Shown here one piece after another: positions 61,601 to 64,000 of a stretch of DNA of 64,000 nt; position 1 is the stretch's first letter; every line of letters starts with the position of its first letter. The stretch covers positions 20,274,001 through 20,338,000 of the forward strand of contig CM120642.1 in assembly GCA_051362555.1 (NCBI GenBank), written 5' to 3'. The DNA comes from Lingula anatina. Lineage: Eukaryota; Animalia; Brachiopoda. A program made the position numbers and the translations under genes. Below the pieces are notes generated by a model. The model worked only from the letters and a program-made list of their open reading frames with translations. It searched no databases and had not been told where the DNA came from.

Positions 61601-64000
61601 TTCTCTGTGAACTAATTAAATGTGTAAAGGTGTTCTTTTGACATTTTCTGCATCTTAACAATATTGTTAGTTGATTATATAAAAAAGATGGTTAATCTGT
61701 TATTGTGTATTATGTAACAAAGTGTCAAAAATGGAAATAATAATAAACTCATATCTTTACAGTTTGTCAGATTCAATCATTCACCATGTTCAGAATCTCA
61801 GAATGGAGCAAAATGGACATTTAAAATTGTTCTATTGATATTTTTCCTATGTTAGCAATTTTCTTAGTTGTTCATTTAAAAATGACAGTAAATTGATTAT
61901 TTTGTTATATGAAAAAAAGATGTTGAAAATGGAAAGAAAATCAATTCAATACAGTTATCTTTTGTTTACATTTTAGCATTTTGAAAGTGTGACTCTGAAC
62001 TTCCATGGCCTTGAAGACATTTCCATGTCACATTTTCTGTAAATACATGATACTTTTATTTTATTATTAAAAATTGATGGTCATTATGTTATATTGCATA
62101 AAAGTTGAAGAAAACCCTAATTTTGGAAATGGCTGCCAGAATGACCATTAAGGAAAAACCATGTTACTTATGATACTCAAACTTACTGAAAAGTTTCGTA
62201 AGACTGATGTGCAGTTTGTGTTGGAAAATCAGTGTGATTGTTTTCTGTTTTGGAAGCAATGTAGCTCTATAGAGTGCTATATGGGGCTACTGCGTATGGA
62301 TGGTGGTAATTGCCCCTTGGGGTAGTCACAAGCTAAATTCAGAGCTATAAAATCATTTGCCTAATTGATTTCCAAGTGCCCATTAAATAAGATTACATAA
62401 AACACACGCTGAGACTTCCCAGTAAAGTCCCATAGGTTAAGCTCTCTTAACTATGTCACATAATTAGGAATCTATGATAATTATGCAGGTAAATGTTGTT
62501 TAATATTGCAAATAAGTTAACAAAACAAAACAAAAAAATAGATGAATAACAGTGTCTTATTATCCTCAAACACATTGGGGTTATTCATATCATGTTATTA
62601 CAGCAAGATTAAAAGTTTGAATAGCAGCTTTAATGGGATATTTTTGTGTTTTCTTTTTAATTTTTTTTTTTCAAACACTGGCATTTTCAGCTCCCATCCA
62701 CCTGAAGCTCTTCACATTTTCTGTATTTCCACATAAGCAGTTGCATTGGTTTTTATGTCTTTAAACATTATGTAATATTATTTTATGCACTGTCATCATT
62801 ATTTAGATATTGGGATTTTCATTATGTGAATTTGGTCCTGAAACTGTAATCTTATTGCAGGGGTGGATTGAGGCCATCTTCTGGGTCTTTCAGATTTTAA
62901 AGTTCACATTGATGGGTATCTCTTTTTTCTGTTGGAAGACCATCAAAAATGTAGGATGAATCAACAAAGATAATTTGGAATACTGTCAGAAAATATCTCT
63001 GGATCAGCTCCTGTTATTGACGATGTCACCTGTTGTGCATGATTAAATTTCAGTGTTGATTGACAGTGCTATTGTAGGCATCAAAATTGACAAAATGAAC
63101 CATTTTCTGCATTTTTATTTTGTGTTTTTGTCTGTACATTTGACAGCTTTGCTGCCTTGTTTTTATTCAAGATTGCTATATTCAGTCATAAGTGAGTCAT
63201 GCTTTTCAAGCAGTACAGAGTTGCTCCACCAGAAATATGCCACTGATTTCCTTTATTTATATACATACATGTAGTATGGTTTTTCATTTGTTTGTTAGTA
63301 GAGTGTTCAGATAATATGTGTTGCTTTTGTTTATCGTTTTATTACTTTTACATTCATATATTGTGCATTTGTCTTAGATCAGTAGTTTAAAAACGTTTTC
63401 TGTGATCCAGATAAAACACTAGTCAAGAAAGCTGGGAAATGTGAACATTTACAGTGTAGAGTTCAAAATATAATCATTATCTAACTTCAATCACAGGTGA
63501 CCTGTCCGAGCTGCTGGACATAAAGGTGGACCCTTGCCTATGCCAGGAACATGTGTGGAGCCGGCCAGATGGGACATACCCTTGGGACTACAAGGTGACC
63601 GTGTGCACTCGGTGTAACAACTGCTCAGATAAGGGGAAAACATGTCCATGGAACGGCGTAAAGGAGAGGAGACTCAGGTATGCCTTACGCTGACTGCAGA
63701 GACATCTATAGGAGAGATAATTCTTTTGACTTGAATCACTAGACATGAACATCTTAATGGAAGTATTGATTTTAGAAAAGAGAATGTATGAACAAATTAT
63801 TGTTATTTGAACATAAAGAATGCTCTGACGTATGTTTGTGGATCAGAGAGTGATTAAAAAGCTCTGAAAATAAATCTGTGGGAATAAATCTAAGAAATTA
63901 ATGGAAACTTTTTAAAAGTATCAAATTGGATGTTTTTTGTTTTTTTTCTAGTTCTGGAGAGGTGTGGGCATCGTCTCTCAAACAGCTGGACTCTGGTCAG
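22877..64000 (+). CDS. Roco-like protein: LRR-like repeats, pseudo-Roc interrupted by 2x SPRY, COR, Cys-rich module (3' partial)
   Basis: Phase-consistent exons: 22877-22950, 23886-23928, 24293-24530, 25098-25180, 25789-25884, 26648-26749, 27227-27329, 27776-27966, 28276-28398, 28851-28948, 29386-29583, 30184-30349, 35132-35218, 35451-35512, 35939-36133, 36745-36904, 37087-37212, 37542-37765, 44160-44280, 44882-45076, 45715-45933, 46193-46324, 46793-46991, 47332-47493, 63497-63677, 63952-(edge). No in-frame stop over ~1190 codons. Confidence 0.85.
22994..23539. mobile_element. Tourist/PIF-Harbinger-type MITE with ~145-bp TIRs
   Basis: GAGCGCATTCTCAACGAATTAAGCC... and its near-perfect inverse; TAA TSD on both sides. 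Confidence 0.85.
25363..25648. mobile_element. Small old MITE
   Basis: Imperfect TIRs TGGCC..ATTC(G/A)GAACAGTTTGATC with further internal inverted similarity. Confidence 0.5.
25789..27329 (+). CDS. Cys-containing (F-box/AMN1-type) LRR-like exons of the Roco-like gene
   Basis: LKRVAIMNCPRITDNGLYWLA and VTIADCPKVTELGLAYM match the LxxLxLxxCxxITDxGL consensus. Confidence 0.75.
26044..26272 (-). mobile_element. Short Helentron/DINE-like (HINE) element, ACCTCCGCCAAGGAGGT family
   Basis: 5' hairpin, GTTT/GTCT microsatellite and 3' GCACTCTC..GTGCTTTTCTAG end. Other copies at 40006-40398, 55392-58628 (split by Penelope) and 60506-60655. Confidence 0.6.
29386..37212 (+). CDS. Two tandem SPRY domains (SPRYD3/RanBP9-like) of the Roco-like gene
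   Basis: YFEIEVVDTG..TITMG..QPGWERNSVAYHLDDG..GDIVAC..FLKNG..YPAVGMHSRGE, and YFEFEIL..AITIG..QPGWRRNSIGLHADD..GDKMGCGL..IYFTWSG. Confidence 0.88.
30701..31801 (+). pseudogene. DIRS gag-like ORF1
   Basis: ATG 30701, premature TAG at 30734; RPDNC..L..VRCN and YSHLC..P.TTELFGDD motifs typical of DIRS ORF1. Confidence 0.8.
31780..33720 (+). pseudogene. DIRS pol: RT, RNase H and N6-adenine methyltransferase-like domain
   Basis: GGRL..F..W, FRMILNLK, YIDD, TDSSMLGWGA, HINVLEL, HIPG..N.AD; MT region VDLFA..DAF..W..YIFPPF..VPLWTTQIWWP. Stops at 32029 and 32083; frameshift near 33530. Confidence 0.9.
33560..34682 (+). pseudogene. DIRS tyrosine recombinase
   Basis: ASWR..T..QY, GYSSLNTARSALS, catalytic-type AAR, HSVR, AGW, FY; frameshift near 34140. 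Confidence 0.9.
38314..44131 (-). mobile_element. Decayed AcademX-like DNA transposon with long repetitive inverted arms
   Basis: TIRs TAGTAGGGGAGCCAA / TTGGCTCCCCTACTA; 3-bp TSD TAT; ~130-bp near-identical inverted subterminal block (38350-38477 vs 43960-44085). Minus-strand relic peptides YELTGRSFFNSPYKHGK, FVQLYG and LLPTEDAFHFYTL*A (~40600-40900) resemble the XPG-like region of Academ proteins. Confidence 0.7.
40006..40398 (+). mobile_element. HINE copy nested in the Academ element
   Basis: TTACCTCCGCCAAGGAGGTTATG start; GTGCTTTTCTAGTT end. Confidence 0.65.
44882..47493 (+). CDS. COR-domain exons of the Roco-like gene
   Basis: LKDLHSQGIILYL..VILNIEVF and PCRVPQGSFAAIF..VWAQGFLC..IEVMV match COR-A and COR-B signatures (LHxxGxIxxF..VILDPxW; PxGFFxRL..WxxG). 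Confidence 0.7.
46621..46710. repeat. (AAT)n followed by (TAT)n microsatellite, self-complementary
   Basis: Directly visible. Confidence 0.9.
47900..49130 (+). repeat. ~160-bp tandem satellite units; also at 59176-59360 and 60660-61430
   Basis: Unit contains GATAAGTGGAAAACCATTTT..GAAACTTACAGAACTGATGAATATTCATAATACGCAGGTCAAGTTCGAAAATCAGCATGATCGG; unit starts at 60781, 60942, 61103, 61262. Confidence 0.9.
49741..53965. mobile_element. Unclassified TTAA-targeting DNA transposon, 4.2 kb
   Basis: 17-bp perfect TIRs GTACCAGTCTCTGTAAG, flanked by TTAA on both sides; paralogous empty site at ~54296-54330; ~380-bp tandem repeats at 49900-51150. Confidence 0.75.
52370..52762 (+). mobile_element. 5'-truncated L2/CR1-group LINE
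   Basis: YGDWAFIIYAPKLWNALPNFIR..FKSLLKTHMF C-terminal motif; (ATT)n tail. Confidence 0.8.
55513..55557 (-). ncRNA. Minimal hammerhead ribozyme, inverted pLTR
   Basis: Reverse complement of 55670-55714. Confidence 0.7.
55670..55714 (+). ncRNA. Minimal type I hammerhead ribozyme, 5' pLTR
   Basis: CATTCC-CTGATGA-A-ATCTG(actgcaag)CAGAT-GAAA-TATT-GGATG: conserved core, stem II, palindromic AATATT in place of stem III. Confidence 0.75.
55791..58251 (+). CDS. Penelope RT + GIY-YIG endonuclease polyprotein (one frameshift)
   Basis: HLKFNLRCK N-terminal motif, PADKG, SFDVTALFT, GMAMGSPLS, RYVDD, VVYQCECQVCGEKYIGETGR. A +1 shift in the A7 run at 58008-58014; the shifted frame continues SALSQH..RKVLEA..LNRNDG to TGA 58251. 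Confidence 0.93.
58302..58346 (+). ncRNA. Minimal hammerhead ribozyme, 3' pLTR
   Basis: Same sequence as 55670-55714. Confidence 0.75.

Larger units (their letters stand above)
47811..63164 (+). mobile_element. 15-kb composite Helentron/HINE concatemer with ~160-bp internal satellite
   Basis: 5' hairpin ATGTACAGACACAGATGTGTCTGTACAT followed by a (GTC)-rich microsatellite (heads at ~47815, ~48038, ~48721); 3' ends TGTCTGTACA + GACAGCTTTGCTGCC hairpin + T-run at ~59144-59176 and 63129-63164; long internal blocks repeated 2-3 times. Confidence 0.7.

Overview
AT-rich, intron-rich animal genomic DNA (invertebrate-like; repeat types resemble those of molluscs, which is an inference). Two host genes lie head-to-head. 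(1) SPOUT1/C9orf114 on the minus strand: 8 phase-consistent coding exons from ATG 13791, running off the left edge. (2) A large plus-strand gene: 26 phase-consistent coding exons from ATG 22877, >1190 aa, running off the right edge. Its reconstructed protein reads LRR-like repeats, a degenerate Roc-like region lacking GTPase motifs and interrupted by two tandem SPRY domains, a COR domain, then a Cys-rich module, i.e. an unusual Roco-like pseudo-GTPase. This is the most novel-looking item. The introns are packed with transposons whose ends can be read directly: a 9.6-kb CMC/EnSpm-type element (with nested hAT, Harbinger and Gypsy relics), a 5.9-kb THAP/P-superfamily element with a 7-bp TSD and a second convergent gene, MULE- and Harbinger-type MITEs, a DIRS retrotransposon, a decayed AcademX element, an unclassified TTAA-targeting element, a 15-kb Helentron/HINE concatemer, and a nearly intact Penelope-like element with hammerhead-ribozyme pseudo-LTRs. 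All calls come from manual reading and translation; no database searches were run.
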